From the NCBI RefSeq assembly GCF_009914755.1, contig NC_060943.1: a stretch of DNA of 64,000 nucleotides; one strand, 5' to 3'. Position 1 is the stretch's first letter; each line of letters opens with the position of its first letter. Source of the stretch: the human T2T-CHM13v2.0 reference genome, Homo sapiens. Both the position numbers and the translations under genes were made by a program. This document shows positions 16,119 through 34,855 of the stretch, piece after piece. A model generated the notes under the pieces. The model did not search any database. It saw nothing but the letters and a program-made list of their open reading frames with translations, and was not told the DNA's origin.

Positions 16119-16289
16119 GTTGGAAGAATGTGGGTTAACGAGCACCTGCTGTAAGGATCTCGCGTCTGTTCTCACCTGCAGTAAGACCCTGCAGCTGCTC
16201 AACCTGACCTTGAACACCTTGGACCACACAGGGGTGGTTGTACTCTGTGAGGCCCTGAGACACCCAGAGTGTGCCCTGCAGGTGCTCGG
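16119..16289 (+). CDS. NLRP4: NLRP4 LRR exon (exon 9), 171 nt
   Basis: ttattgcag|G ... GG|gtgagc; LEECGLTSTCCKDLASVLTCSKTLQLLNLTLNTLDHTGVVVLCEALRHPECALQVLG. Confidence 0.95.
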
Positions 16290-16406
16290 GTGAGCTGGGG
16301 TCTGTTGTGCTCTATGGGCAGAGTGCTCCGGGCTAAGAAGGGATTGGCTGGGACCTGCAGTGTAATCACGTTGCATTTAAAATGCAAATGATGTTCCTTG
16401 TCTCAG

Positions 16407-16434
16407 GGTTGTTGCAGGAGTAAGAACCAAGCAG
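16407..16434 (+). other. Candidate 28-nt NLRP4 alternative microexon
   Basis: ttccttgtctcag|GGTTGTTGCAGGAGTAAGAACCAAGCAG|gtgagt; consensus donor. Confidence 0.4.
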
Positions 16435-16513
16435 GTGAGTATAAAACTCTTACCACAGTAAGTGGTGAACAGTGAATGTCCAACAAATGGAAACACTTGT
16501 GAAGTGGCCTCAT

Positions 16514-17149
16514 TGTCTGGGGTAACACCCGAGGTTCATTGTCCCAGGGCCGTGGAGATCCAAGGACGCAGAGATCCAAGGACGCAGATACACAAAGAGT
16601 GAGGTTAAGAGCAGAAGTTTAATAGGCAAAAGAAAGAAGAGCTGTCTGCTACAGAGAGGGGTCTCAGAAAAATGGATTGCCCGATCCATGGTGAAATGCA
16701 GAGGGTTTTATAGACGAGCTGGTGGGAGGTGTGGTGTCTGATCTACATAGGGCATGAAAAACTGGTTAGGACCAGGTGTGCCGTTTGCATAGGGTGTGAA
16801 TTTCTGGCAGCCCCCACCCCAGTCTTTTATTAAGCAGGCAGGTTCTCTGCCTGAGCTGCACTATGTTGCCCATTTCTTTCTTACTGTACCCATGCTAATA
16901 AAAAAGGGAAGATGGTGCTTCCATGGTGAACAGGCCTGGCCCCCAGGTAGCTCTTTTCACTGGCGCAGCTGCTGGCATTCCCCCCATGCAATCTTCGCGC
17001 TCCCTTATTTATGTTTGCAGCTCAGTTTTTCAGGATGCTCTTTGTTAGAAAAGAAATGATTTCTTGGGCTGGTTTTTGTTAGAAGGGAAGCTCTGCTGAG
17101 GACTTTTGCCCTCACTATCTGCCTAAATAATTTTTTACCTCCTATATCA
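16514..17149 (-). mobile_element. ERV1 solo LTR, MER50-like
   Basis: Reverse complement begins tgatataggaggtaaaaaattatttaggcagatagtgagggcaaaag; TG...CA termini. Confidence 0.7.
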
Positions 17150-18374
17150 CTTATTATAATACAAATTATGATACATGTTTATATTTTAAATATTTATGTG
17201 TAAATACAAGTTATATGTATATTCATAAGTATAACATTTATAAATAGAAAACTTATATAAACATAATTTATATTTTAATTTGTTATATTTATAATTACAT
17301 ATAATCCCACAAACATTATTTTACTAGATAACTATAGAGTCCTTAACATTTTTCTCATTCATTTTCCCCTACTGTTTTCAAACCAATATGAGATGAAGGT
17401 AATCATAGGCAGTTATTAGGCTGTTCATTTCCAGAAAAGGGAAATATAATGGGTTAAAACTGTTATAACTCTAACACTAAAGAACATTCACTGATTTTTT
17501 TTTTCCATTTTGTGAAGATACAGGTTTGTTTTCTTGAAGTCCATCCTTATAAATCTCCACCTGGAAAGGCTGAGTGCTTGGCATTGTTTCTTTCTCATTT
17601 TAATGTTTGCTAAAGATTCAGAATGTAGACTACCAAAGTAGACACGTGATTAAGGGGAAGGACTCAAATTGTCTGCATTCTGAGTCACGGAGGTCTGTGT
17701 TTGTCTCCTAGCCTTGCCATGTTTGGCCCTGTAAGCCAGGGTAAGGCATTTGTCCTCTTTGATTATCAGCCTCCTATCTACAAAATAGGGATGATTATTT
17801 GGCATGGTAATTATGAAAGTATGCATCAGATAATGTGATAACTATGGCAGAACTAAATAAGTGAGTTTTCATCTTCCTCCAGCCCCTACCATAGATAGTC
17901 TCACAAAGATGTGTATTAAGATACATAGTTGTGCTAAAGAACATAGCTTACCCCAACAGTGTGGGACAGTTGCACGCAAACAGATGCCAAATGGAGATGA
18001 GAGATATTATACGTAAAAGGAAGGACCAAGACACGGTGATACTTAATCCTTCTGATTCAAAGCAATGATACAACGTATGGGGGCTCCAGAAACAAATTGC
18101 TTGAATTTGTATCCAGACTACCACTTTCTGGTTTTGTGACCTTAACATTGTTCTCATTGTCTTCATCACAAGTCGGGACAATTATGCTACCTCATAAGGC
18201 AGTTGTGAACATTTAATGAGATAGGCATGTAAAAAGCCTTAGCAGAGGGCCAGGGCCCAGGTACTCGGATAATGGAAACTATTAACTTTATCTTTGAAAA
18301 AGTAAAAATAGCTTCAGTCTTTCTCCCTAACTCCCACTGACTTCTTGTTGCAAATCCAAATGTTTGTGTGGAGT

Positions 18375-18455
18375 TCATGCCTTCTATTACCAATTCTGGA
18401 CATTTATTTATGTCCAGTGACATATTGGAGCCAGCTCCTACAAGCTGGTGAGAGC

Positions 18456-18506
<51 letters not shown>

Positions 18507-18798
18507 CTGTCTTTGTAACTCTGTTTAGTGACAGCAAGTGGGCAGCTCGAAATTGGCCATGATTGCCTTGGAGAATTTACACCACAGAAATTGGCAAAGC
18601 TATAAATTGGGACTTTATTTATTTTCTGGGGATCCAGGGGTAACATTTATCAGCATACCGCTGCATTTGATGTGTATGTCTTTCCTCTTGGAGGTAACAC
18701 CAGGGTTTCCTAGGCTTGTCCTGGGATGAATTAGGGAGAAAGATGAGCTGCAGAAAAGGGAAAAAGTATGTGAATTAAAAATAGAACCTCTTAAAATA
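18375..18798 (+). repeat. ~400-bp segment with an inverted paralogue at 46703-47095
   Basis: Alignment by eye; near-identical conceptual ORFs 18538..18729(+) and 46772..46966(-). Confidence 0.92.
18459..18504 (+). repeat. (GT)23 microsatellite
   Basis: Perfect dinucleotide run. Confidence 0.95.
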
Positions 18799-18807
18799 TT
18801 TTACCAG

Positions 18808-18925
18808 GCTGAGAAAAACTGATTTTGATGAGGAAACCCAGGCACTGCTGACGGCTGAGGAAGAGAGAAATCCTAACCTGACCATCACAGACGACTGTGA
18901 CACAATCACAAGGGTAGAGATCTGA
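18808..18925 (+). CDS. NLRP4: NLRP4 terminal coding exon (exon 10)
   Basis: ttttaccag|G CTG AGA AAA ...; LRKTDFDEETQALLTAEEERNPNLTITDDCDTITRVEI*, the recognised NLRP4 C-terminus. Confidence 0.95.
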
Positions 18926-19162
18926 TTGCGAGGAACCTGGGCTCTGACTCGAACACCTGCAAAGGACAGGGACTGGGACCGTTACTTACATGACACTGCA
19001 CCCAGGAGATACAAATCATTGACACTCTGAGTTGTGAGATTTCTGGCACCCCATTCATAGATTTGATATGATACACGTGGTTTTTATGTGCTCTGTGGCC
19101 TTGGATGAGTCACTGAAAGGCCTTCATGGTCTCTCGGTCTCACAAGGACCTCTTAACCCCTC

Positions 19163-19168
19163 AATAAA
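19163..19168 (+). terminator. NLRP4 polyadenylation signal AATAAA
   Basis: AATAAA ~240 nt after the stop, followed by a T-rich tract. Confidence 0.8.
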
Positions 19169-19194
19169 GTGTTACATTTCTAAACATTGGAAAT

Positions 19195-20070
19195 TCTTTT
19201 TTTTGCCTTTTTTTATTTGTATAAATTTAAGGGGTATGAGTATGGTTTTGTTACATGTATATATTGTGTGGGAAAATCTGGGCTTTTAGTATACCTATCA
19301 CACAGATAGTGTACATTGTACCCATTAGGTCAGTTCTCACCCTGCACCTCCCTCTCACCCTCCTGAGCCTCCAATGTCTACTATTCCACACTTTTTTTTT
19401 TTTTTTTGAGATAGATTTTCGCTCTTGTTGCCCAGGCTGGAGTGCAATGGTGCAATCGCGGCTCACCACAACCTCCGCCTCCTGGGTTCAAGCGATTTCT
19501 CCTGCCTCAGCCTCCTGAGTAGCTGGGATTACAGGCATGCACCACCACGCCTGGCTAATTTTGTATTTTTTTTTTTTTTTTAAGTAGAGACGGGGTTTCT
19601 CCATGTTGGTCAGGCTGGTCTTGAACTCCCGACCTCAGGTGATCCACCTGCCCCAGCCTTTCACAGTGGTGGGATTACAGGCGTGAGCCACTGCATCCAG
19701 CCACTCTTTATATATTATTTAGCTCTCACATACAAGTAAGAACATGCATTATTTGACTTAGTTTCTGAGTTATCTCACTTAAGATCATGGCTTGAGTTCC
19801 ATCCATGTTGCTGCAAAAGACATGATTTTATTCTTTTTATGGCTGAATAGGATTCCACTGTCTATAAATCATGTTTTCTTGATCCACTCATCTGCTGGTG
19901 GACACTTATGTTGATCCCATGACTTTGCTATTGTGGAGAGTGCTCCAGTAAACACATGGATGCAGGTATCTTTTTAGTATGATTTCTCTTGCTTTGGATA
20001 GAACTCGGTAGTGAGGTTGCTGGACAAAATGGTAGCTCTATGTTTAGTTCTTTGGGAAATCTCCATACTG
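19195..20070 (-). mobile_element. L1 3' fragment with inserted antisense Alu (19392-19702)
   Basis: Antisense L1 3'UTR motifs on both sides of the Alu. Confidence 0.75.
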
Positions 20071-20480
20071 CCTGGAAAATCTTGAAACAGTGTTTGCTAC
20101 TGATGAATGACTGGAATAGGAGTGCAGGTTGAAGAAACTGTGGCCCCCTCCCCGTGTTGACTTGGAAAGACGCTGGCCACACTGAAAGCACTAGAAAGGC
20201 TGGTCTGACTTGGGCACCCTTCTTTCTGCCAGTCCTACTAGGATTCCAGGTTGGGCTCCTGATCTGTTCTTGCCTGATGAAAGCACCTTTTTTATTGGTA
20301 CATAATAGTGGTATATATTTTGGGGTTCATGTGAATGTTTGGGTAATTTCCATGGCATTGCTAATATTACCTCTCCTCACGGTCTTTGCCTCTCATATTC
20401 TTCCCCAAACTCCCCTCTGGCTCTCCTTTCCTCATTGGGCCTCTTGAGTTCTGAGGCTACCCTGTCTCCCCTACCTTTGA

Positions 20481-20847
<367 letters not shown>

Positions 20848-20894
20848 CACTTCTGAACTTCTGTGCCACTGATTTAGGAGTGAAGATTGAGAAA

Positions 20895-21335
20895 ATCAGC
20901 AACCTGAATGTCCATCAATGGGTGAATGGATAAACAAAATGTGGCATATAAATAAAATGAAATACTGAGTCTTCAAAAGGAAGGACATGCTGATATATGA
21001 CACAACATAGATGAACCTTGAGGATATTATGCTAAATGAAATAAGCCAGTCACAAAAGAGCAAATACCGTACATTCTCCTTCTATGAGGTACTTACAGTA
21101 GCCAAATTCATAGAGGCAAAAAGTAAAATGTTGGCTACCAGAGGCCAGGGGAAGGAGGAGAAGATGGAGTTATTTAATGAGCATAGAGTTTGTTTTGCAA
21201 GATGGAAAAGTTCTGGAGATGGATGGTGGTGATGGTTGTAAAATGTGAGTGTGCTCAAGGCCACAGGGATGTACACTTTAAATGGGTTAAAATGGTAAAA
21301 TTTTGTTACGCATGTTTTACCACAATAAAAAGAAA
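20895..21335 (+). mobile_element. L1MB-like 3' fragment
   Basis: atgaaccttgaggatattatgctaaatgaaataagccagtcacaaaa. Confidence 0.75.
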
Positions 21336-21342
21336 GTGGGGA

Positions 21343-21679
<337 letters not shown>

Positions 21680-21934
21680 TCATTTAGTCTGTCATCTGTA
21701 AAGTGGTAATGATTAAGGACTTCCCACCTGGGTGCAATAGACGTGATAAAATATAAAAGCAGCTTGAGGAACCAAAGAACCTATTCTCCAGCTACCTTAA
21801 TTATGTTCATGAGATGTCCATTTCCACCCCCAGCAGGAACATTAACATTTTTCTCCTAACGGTTTTCCCTCCACTAAAAATACAGGTCAGTAGAAAAGAG
21901 GGAGAAGGAAGTGCTGATAGAGAACGGGTACTGA

Positions 21935-22054
21935 GCTGCCCAGCACAGTGGTTTACGCCTGTAATCCCAGCACCTCGGGAGGCCAAGTCAGGAGGATCGC
22001 TTGAGCCCAGGAGTTAGAGACCAGCTTGGGCAACATAGAGAGACCCTACCTCTA

Positions 22055-22114
<60 letters not shown>

Positions 22115-22300
22115 ATCTATCTAGAATTATTATTATTATTTTTTAATTATCTGGGCGTGGCGACTCATGCCTGTGGTCCCAGCTACTCAGGAGGCTGGGG
22201 AAGGAAGACCACTTGATCCTGGGAGGTTGAGGCTGCAGTGAGCCGCGATCACACCACTACACTCTAGTCTGGGTGACACAGCAAGGCACTGTCTGAAAAA
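21935..22300 (+). mobile_element. AluJ-like with (CTAT)n in the middle linker
   Basis: Left and right arms separated by an STR. Confidence 0.85.
22055..22123 (+). repeat. (CTAT)~15 tetranucleotide STR
   Basis: Long perfect run. Confidence 0.95.
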
Positions 22301-22776
22301 CTTTTTTTTTTTAATCACAAAAAAAGAGGTACTAAGCTATAAAAAGTCTAAGTTACAAGTAAAGAATCTTAATGACAGAATTGAAGGAGATTATTCACCC
22401 AAGAGCTATTAATACATTGACAGGTGCTTACCACAAGCTGAATATTTTATATGTGTTATTTCAATTCTTGCAAAATCTGAGGTTGATGCTATAAGACCCT
22501 TCTTGTAATGGGAAAATTGGCCTAAAGGGTACAAGTAACTGCTTCCAAGCTAAGAAGCTGTCACTCTGGCTGCCTTCACCCTGGGAATCCTTTTCCACCC
22601 AAGTTCATTATTCCTGGAATTCCATCTGTCTCTTCTTCAGTCCAAGGATCTCCTGGGCTGTTTCAGCACTCTACCACCTCTGTCTCTCATAACCTGAGCT
22701 GTGCACCAAGCTTGACTCACCTCAGCCACACATTAGTCCTGGGCACATCTAGCCAAGCTTTTAAGATTGCATGGTT

Positions 22777-23063
<287 letters not shown>

Positions 23064-23596
23064 TTGCAAGGTGGTGGGTGAGGAAGTGAGTGTCAAAAAA
23101 GACAGCAAGCAGGGTGGGTAAAAGGAGAGGGAGGAAAGGTAAATGAAGCTGGAGACACAAATAATCCGTCTACCTTCCTCATAAGTATAGGCTTGAAGTT
23201 AGACAATTGGTCACAAGCTAATTGGTCTGTCTTGGTTCACGGGCTTCATAATTTGGAGGCAGCCTAGAAAAAAGTTCAGCAGTCAAGGTACACTGGAATC
23301 CCTTCTATCTCATCTCTTCTCTTTTCCTGAATCACCAATTACCCCTTCCAAACCCCCTCCAAGACCTATTATGGGCCCCCCCAGTCCTACAAAGTAACAT
23401 TGGCCTGACTGTACAGTGGATTTGAAATCATCTGTCTACTCTAAAAAAATGTTGCTTTAAGATACTTTGATGTAATTGAATTCTAGGACAAACTTAGAAA
23501 TTGTAGAATAACAACAAAAAAAATTCCTAAATTAGTAATTGAGTAGACTAAATATGATTGACTTGAGTATTGATTAGTAAATTGAAAATTTAGTAA

Positions 23597-24255
<659 letters not shown>

Positions 24256-24310
24256 CATCTCTGTTATTTTTAAAGAAACAATGGAGAAATCTTGGGATAG
24301 TCTTTATTTA

Positions 24311-24656
<346 letters not shown>

Positions 24657-25649
24657 TCAATGAGATGAAGATTAAGGCAATTAACCTTTGATTTTATTTT
24701 TAACCTTTATTGCCCTGACAATATTTTCTAAATTAGTTCACATACGTCTCCCACTCTTTCTATCCCAGATTTCATCTACAAAGGGCAGTAAAGATATAGA
24801 AAAAGGAAGAGAATGAAGTATTTATTTCAAGGACTCTGGGTTTTACTATGTCTAATAGTGAGAACATGGATGGATAGAAGGATTATAGCCTTCAACTTAT
24901 TGAAAGATCCCATCAGGTGTTGTAAAGTGGGTCAGATCTTAAAATAGAAAAGTTGGATTTATAGGCCAGTTTGACTTACTATCTCTGTAATCTGTTGTAA
25001 AGCATTTTCTTTTGGTATCTTTGCTTTTAAATCAGTAAAGTAAGGCTATCCTATCTTACAGGGCTTTGATGGGGATTTAGACCCTCTAGGAAGGTGTTTT
25101 ATAAGCTATGAAATGCTAAATGGATCTCCAGCTATTCTGTAAGACTGCTTCTGATAGCGTCTGCTTATTGAATAATAAAATAGTACAAGAAAGACTCTTG
25201 GTGTTAGAGCGGGGGAGAGAAAATTACAACTTAATAAGATCTTATTCTTCATAGAGATTTCCATCCATGACACATCGATTTCACATATCCTGTGCGGGAT
25301 ACAGTTTTATATTTTCAGGTGAGTAAAGTACATTTTAGAAGTGTTACACAGCCACAGAGCTAACAAAGGCAGAAGTGAAAGCCAAAATTGGGTCTAATTT
25401 AATTACAAATTATTTCTGTCCTCATCATTTTGAAGATGAGGTAATTAGGTCCAGAGAGGGGAAGTGACTGACCCAAAAGTAACAAAATAAGGAATTATCC
25501 TGGGGTGTAAAGACAGAGTCTGTGGCCGGAGGCAGACCATATTTCTGTGCAAATGGATAGGACAGAGTGGTGGTGAGTTCATGGAGGAAGGACGGAAGAC
25601 CACATCATTGGCATCTAACAACCAAACTGATTAAGAAAAACTTTATTTT

Positions 25650-25990
<341 letters not shown>

Positions 25991-27295
25991 TTACGATGGT
26001 TTTGTATTAACCTGAATATTATTCCTGTAAACAGGGTCCCATTCTACCTCCATGTCCTGCACATCTGCAGAATAGAGAAGGAAGACTTTTACTTTCTGGA
26101 GAAAATTTATTTCAAGTCTCCTTGAGCAGCAGTCTTAAGTCTCAACCCATAGCATCCAATCCTTTGTGTATTAGAGGGTTTACCTCTCTTGTCCTGCAGC
26201 TAACTCAGGTTGACACTTTCTATGCCTCAGAGCCTTTATTTTTGTCTTATCAGGGTACAGGTGCTGGTAGATGTGGCAGTGGGTACTTGTGGAAGATCTG
26301 GATTCTTATTTCTTCAAGAAATATGTAAAATCAACTGAGCATGAAAATGGAGAACTGTTGAGGACAATGGAAGTTGAGTAGAACGGGTTAAAGCAGTATG
26401 TTACAGTATCATGTGCAACAGTACCATAAGCAACGGTAAGAAAACTCTTAGGATTAGCCATAAATTTAAGCAGGGTTGAACATCCTTCAGCATGTTCAGC
26501 TATCTGGATACAAGTGTGGAATACGTAGAACATTGGAAAAAGGCTTGTGGTTTTAAGTGCATAGGACAAAGTGAGAGGGGCAGGCAGAGCATGGAAGATG
26601 TTTAGACAAATTTGAGGGGCTGTTTGGAGTACCGTCAGCTAAATAGATAAACTCTAAGCAGGGTGAAGTATAGCAAAAAGGCAGCTGTCTTCAGGAACTG
26701 AGAAGGGTTTGGGGTGTTATTCTACTTATGAGCCAAAAAGCCTGTTCCTGTTTCATGGAAGCTAGCAGAAGATATGAGACTCCTGGCCCAGAAACAAATA
26801 ATTTTATCATCCATGACAAAAGCATGAGTCAGTATTTCTTGTTGCTTTTAATCAGTTCCTCATACTTCCCAAGTCTCACAGCTTTGGGTGCCATAAAGGG
26901 TCCATGATAGATGACTGTACCTGCTGTAGACTGGATTAAGAGAAGCATGCTGAGCTTAGGGAATCTGCCGATTTTCAATAAGCAGAACAAGCCTGCTTTT
27001 TGTCTGGGGTAGAAAGTTACCTTATCCCTCAAGTTTGCTCAGTGCAAACACAACCTGGCAAAAGTCCTTGGCAAAAAAACAAAAATAAAAAAAAAGAAAT
27101 TTAAAAGTCAGGGTCCAACATTTTATGCATACCCATAAAGAATGTACAGGGGTGCTTAGGGCCCATGATAAACAGCCTCTTGCTATAGTATATCAGTGAG
27201 AATGGAATCTACAGATTAATCTCTGGTTAGAGTCAGTCAGGAAGATATGAAGTGGTTGTTGAAGAGGCAAATGCCAATTAAAAGTGAAACTACTA

Positions 27296-27880
<585 letters not shown>

Positions 27881-27904
27881 GAGATTAAAATTAGGTGTAA
27901 GGAA

Positions 27905-28115
27905 TATAGGCTGAACATCCCAAATCCAAAAATCCAGAATCTAGAATGTTCCTTTTGAACGCTGAGACGATGCTCATAGGAAATGTTTACTGGAACGTTT
28001 CCGAATTCAGAATTTTAGATTTTGTGTGTCCAGCCAGTAAGTATAATGCAAATATTCCAAAGTCTGAAAAAAATGCAAAGTCCATGCATTTCGGATAAGG
28101 GATACTCAACTTGTA
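27905..28115. mobile_element. Tigger4/MER46-like DNA element
   Basis: Termini ggctgaacatccc ... gggatactcaacttgta. Confidence 0.6.
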
Positions 28116-28550
28116 CCACCGGAGGGGCTGACGGGGGGCCAGGAGCTAAAGTCTTTTAACTGAAGTCTAATTTGGCAGTCCGGAAGTGGCTCGAAGAACA
28201 AGGGGTCTAAATCTAAAGACACGAGGATAGAGGCTGAGAGGGAGACAGAGGGGTGAAGAGAATGGTCGCAGAGCAGAAGGTGAGGAAGAGACCACCCACC
28301 CGATTAACTGCTAGGCTCCCGAGACAAGACAACCACGCCCGAAAGAGCTGCAAGAGAAGCAATGTCCTCAGAGGAGATGCAGGTTTCAGAGAGAGGGAGA
28401 TTAAAGGGACCGTTTCAACCTATTCTCTAAATATAGGTTTGCTGGTTTCCAAAGAGCACAGTGAGAAGGTTTCGGGTGAAGAAGGGCAGGAGATGGAATA
28501 AACTCAGAAAAGTACATCGTAATGAAGAGTGGGAGATAGGAATCAATCCA

Positions 28551-28848
<298 letters not shown>

Positions 28849-29036
28849 CAATGCAGAGTCTAATATTTCTTGGGGGAGTCAATATAAGTGAAGATAAAGG
28901 CATATTAGGAGTTCTGGATGTCTATGTGGTTTAATCACAGTATAATAATTATGGAATTATAAACACATCGATCCCACTTCTCAATCCATGAGAAATGAGG
29001 CTTTGGACTTTCCTGAGGTATTTTTATATGCTTTGC

Positions 29037-29042
29037 TTTATT
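29037..29042 (-). terminator. AATAAA for the distal NLRP13 terminal exon
   Basis: TTTATT on +, ~290 nt past the TGA at 29330. Confidence 0.6.
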
Positions 29043-29329
29043 GAATTCTCTCAACACCTCCAAGAATTAAAAACATTACACCAAGGAGGACATAGACAAG
29101 ACTGAAGGCACAGCCAACTTATGATCTTGGTACCAGACACAGTATTACACTAGGATTCCAGACCTGGGCGTGCAATGGGCGGCCTCCAACAACCGTGACA
29201 AAGCCTCCTGCAGGGAACAGCTCATTTGTCCCCACAAATGGTGACATTGGAGCGACACACAGGCCAGGATGTCCTGGTGGCTTTCCCCCAAGATCCATGG
29301 TCAAGCCACGTGGCATCTAATCCGTGGGA

Positions 29330-29450
29330 TCACCACCACCACTTGTCTTCAAGGTCATTAAAATCCCACGCACACTTGAGTTTCAGACAGAGCTCCTTCT
29401 GTGAGGTCTGTATCTCCTCTCTCACTACATTGTGCAGGTCTTTTTGAAGC
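29330..29450 (-). CDS. NLRP13: NLRP13 distal terminal exon (exon 12); phase-2 frame LQKDLHNVVREEIQTSQKELCLKLKCAWDFNDLEDKWWW*
   Basis: ttattttgcag|G acceptor, 39-codon open frame with an NLRP-type Trp-rich end, downstream AATAAA. Confidence 0.7.
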
Positions 29451-29504
29451 CTGCAAAATAAGAAGTACTGAAGTTTAGAAGCAGTGAAGAAGTTTAGAAG
29501 TAAT

Positions 29505-30330
<826 letters not shown>

Positions 30331-30390
30331 AAGCAGTGAAGTACAGGCAGGGTGCAGTGTAAAGTGGCAAACTGATATAAAGCATAATAA

Positions 30391-30804
<414 letters not shown>

Positions 30805-31348
30805 CAGAAAGACTAACAAATGAAGGGTAACTTTTGTTTACCCTTCGACTGGGACCTCCCACCACCCTAGCCTTACCCACAGATGTCAGGGAGAAGATTT
30901 GATGGCACGGGAACCCCTTTCCATAGAGAAAAGGCACAACCACAAAGGTAGAGGATGAGAAAACCATGGCGCAGATGACACAAGGGACCTTGTGGGCAGG
31001 CCAGAGTAACTCAGGCCATTTTCACTGTGTATGAATAAATCCAAGTACTTCTCATTAATCTGCATCTAGCAATTTTTGAAAAATAAAATCTGAGCGTTCT
31101 ACAAGAGGAGGCGAGGGTCTGGGCACCCAGTCAGAAGCCCCTTCTGCACACATGCATGATAGACAGCAGAGAAGCTTCATCTTTAACGGTTGCTGTCCCA
31201 GAACCCTTTTTAAAATGCACCACTGAAGTGTGAAGTTGGCAACATCAAATCTTTAAAAGGTGCAGATCGTGACTCACTTCCTAAAGTAGGCAAGGTTCCT
31301 TGGCATCTGGGATGACTTCTGCTGAGATGTACCAGTAACAGCTGTTAA

Positions 31349-31704
<356 letters not shown>

Positions 31705-32283
31705 TGAATGGGGTGGAAAGTGTTCTAATTAAATGCTCTTCTCTCAGTGCCTCAAAGGGGCAACATAAAGCTTGGTGCAACCTCAGGGCCTTTGCACATG
31801 CTACTGAAACATCCTCAGTACATTCCACCCTTCATCTCTAGTCACCTCTCATGTTCCCTTCCTGATATAGGGACTCCTCCTTCCAGCCTCCTTGGGACTC
31901 AGGATCAATGGTACCGCCTCTGGCAAGCCCCTTGCTATTCTGGTCACCCTCCTGTCTTATCTCAACCCAGAGTTTCTTTCACAGCATTCATGACAACAGA
32001 GATTGCTTTTATGTCTCAGACCTGTTATCTCCTGGAGGAGAACTCAAGACTCTCAAGGACAAGGCTCATGTCCGTTTGTTTCCCCCCTGTCTACCATGCC
32101 ATGGTGCTTGGCCCAGAGTCGGTATTGAAAAAGAAGCCACAAGTTAATGGCTATGGAGTGACACGTACAGTAGGTACAAGAATGATAAACAGAAGCAGGC
32201 TCTCAAAATACCCAAAAGTCTCCAGGACTGCACCATCCAGTACGGTAGTCATTAGCGACATGTGGCTGTTAAGATTTAATTAG

Positions 32284-32402
32284 TAGGTTGATGCAAAAGT
32301 AATTGCCATTTTTGCCACTAAAAGTGACAGCAAAAACCATTACTTTAAAACCACTGCATTAAAAGTAATAGCAAACACCAAAATTACTTTGTACCAACCT
32401 AA
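32284..32402. mobile_element. MADE1-like Mariner MITE (expanded variant) within a MER3-like element
   Basis: taggttgatgcaaaagtaattgc ... aattactttgtaccaacctaa. Confidence 0.85.
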
Positions 32403-32440
32403 TAAAATTAAAAATTTATATTTATATTAAAATAGGCTGG

Positions 32441-33061
<621 letters not shown>

Positions 33062-33279
33062 TCACACTAACCATGTTTCAAGTGCCCAATGATGAGATGC
33101 CGCTCGTGGCTACACAGCAGGTGCACAGCACAGAGATCACTCCCACCCTTACTGGAAGTTCCGTTGGCCTGCATGGCCTGAGGAAGCCGAGTGCAATGGA
33201 AACCTGACACATGCTCTAGAAGCCTAGTCAATCTAGCCTTGTCCCTGTATGTTCTCCCCTGCAGAAAAGTCAGTGAGGT

Positions 33280-33454
33280 TTACCCGAGTTTCTGCAGCCT
33301 GCATGTCGACTTTTTCAAAGCCTTACATAGCATCTTGACACCATCAGTATCCAATTCATTGCCTAGAAGGTTCAGATTGACCAGGCTCTTACTGCTGCTG
33401 AGAACAGAGAAGAGATGCTGGCAGCAAGCAGTTGTCAGATTGCATTTCGCCAAC
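33280..33454 (-). CDS. NLRP13: NLRP13 exon 11 (canonical last coding exon), LRR
   Basis: ccctag|G; LAKCNLTTACCQHLFSVLSSSKSLVNLNLLGNELDTDGVKMLCKALKKSTCRLQKLG*; the TAA overlaps the donor GG|GTAAAC. Confidence 0.93.
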
Positions 33455-33577
33455 CTAGGGGCGGGTGGGAAGAAAGCACAACAGATAGTCCTCTGAGACT
33501 GGGAAGTTAGAAAAGAGATACCACATCTGCAGGAAAAAAACTATTACTAAAGCAGACTGCTTAAGAGTGGAGCACTT

Positions 33578-34180
<603 letters not shown>

Positions 34181-34573
34181 AATGGAAAAGAGTGGAGTAC
34201 TTACTGCATGCCGGGCACCTTTTAAATACTGACATATAACTCATCTAACCCATCTATCAATCTTATCAAAGGTACATACTATTTTAAACTGTATTTGATG
34301 GAGGAGGAAACAAAAACTTAACCTGCCAGAATGTGAAACAAACCATTTTAGTATACAAGGGATATGAGTTTATTAGATCTTTGAAAGAACTGAAATAGCA
34401 CTATTATTCCTTATTTACACTTTTTTCCATCTTATTCTAAATTCAACAATACAAAATTTGAACATAGGGTTGGCTAGCTACTAGAAACACAAAGACAAAA
34501 GTGAGAAAATACATTAGATCAGTTTAACACATCAGAGATCTCCACCTGAGTTCATAAATAACTATTACACGCT

Positions 34574-34855
34574 GGCCAGGCGCAGTGGCTCATGTCAGTA
34601 ATCCCAACACTTTGGGAGACTGAGGCAGGCAGATCACTTGAGCTTAGGAGTTTGAGACCAGACTGGGCAACATGGTGAAACCTCATTTCCATAATAAATA
34701 CAAAAAAACAGATGGGTGTGGTAGCGTGCACCTGTTGTCCCAGCTACTCAGGAGGCTGAGGAGGAAGGATTGCTTGAGGTTGCACTGAGCTGAGATCGCA
34801 CCACTGCACTCCAGCCTGGGTGACAGAGTGAGACCCCATCAAAACAAACAAAAAA
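34574..34855 (+). mobile_element. Alu
   Basis: Diverged Alu dimer. Confidence 0.85.

Noticed and set aside
18538-18729. Apparently conserved ~63-aa ORF pair (with 46772..46966)
   Set aside because: No ATG at the listed starts, and the similarity is explained by the DNA-level duplication.
31747-32283. 178-aa + strand ORF
   Set aside because: No ATG at the listed start, overlaps old repeat-like sequence, no recognisable domain.
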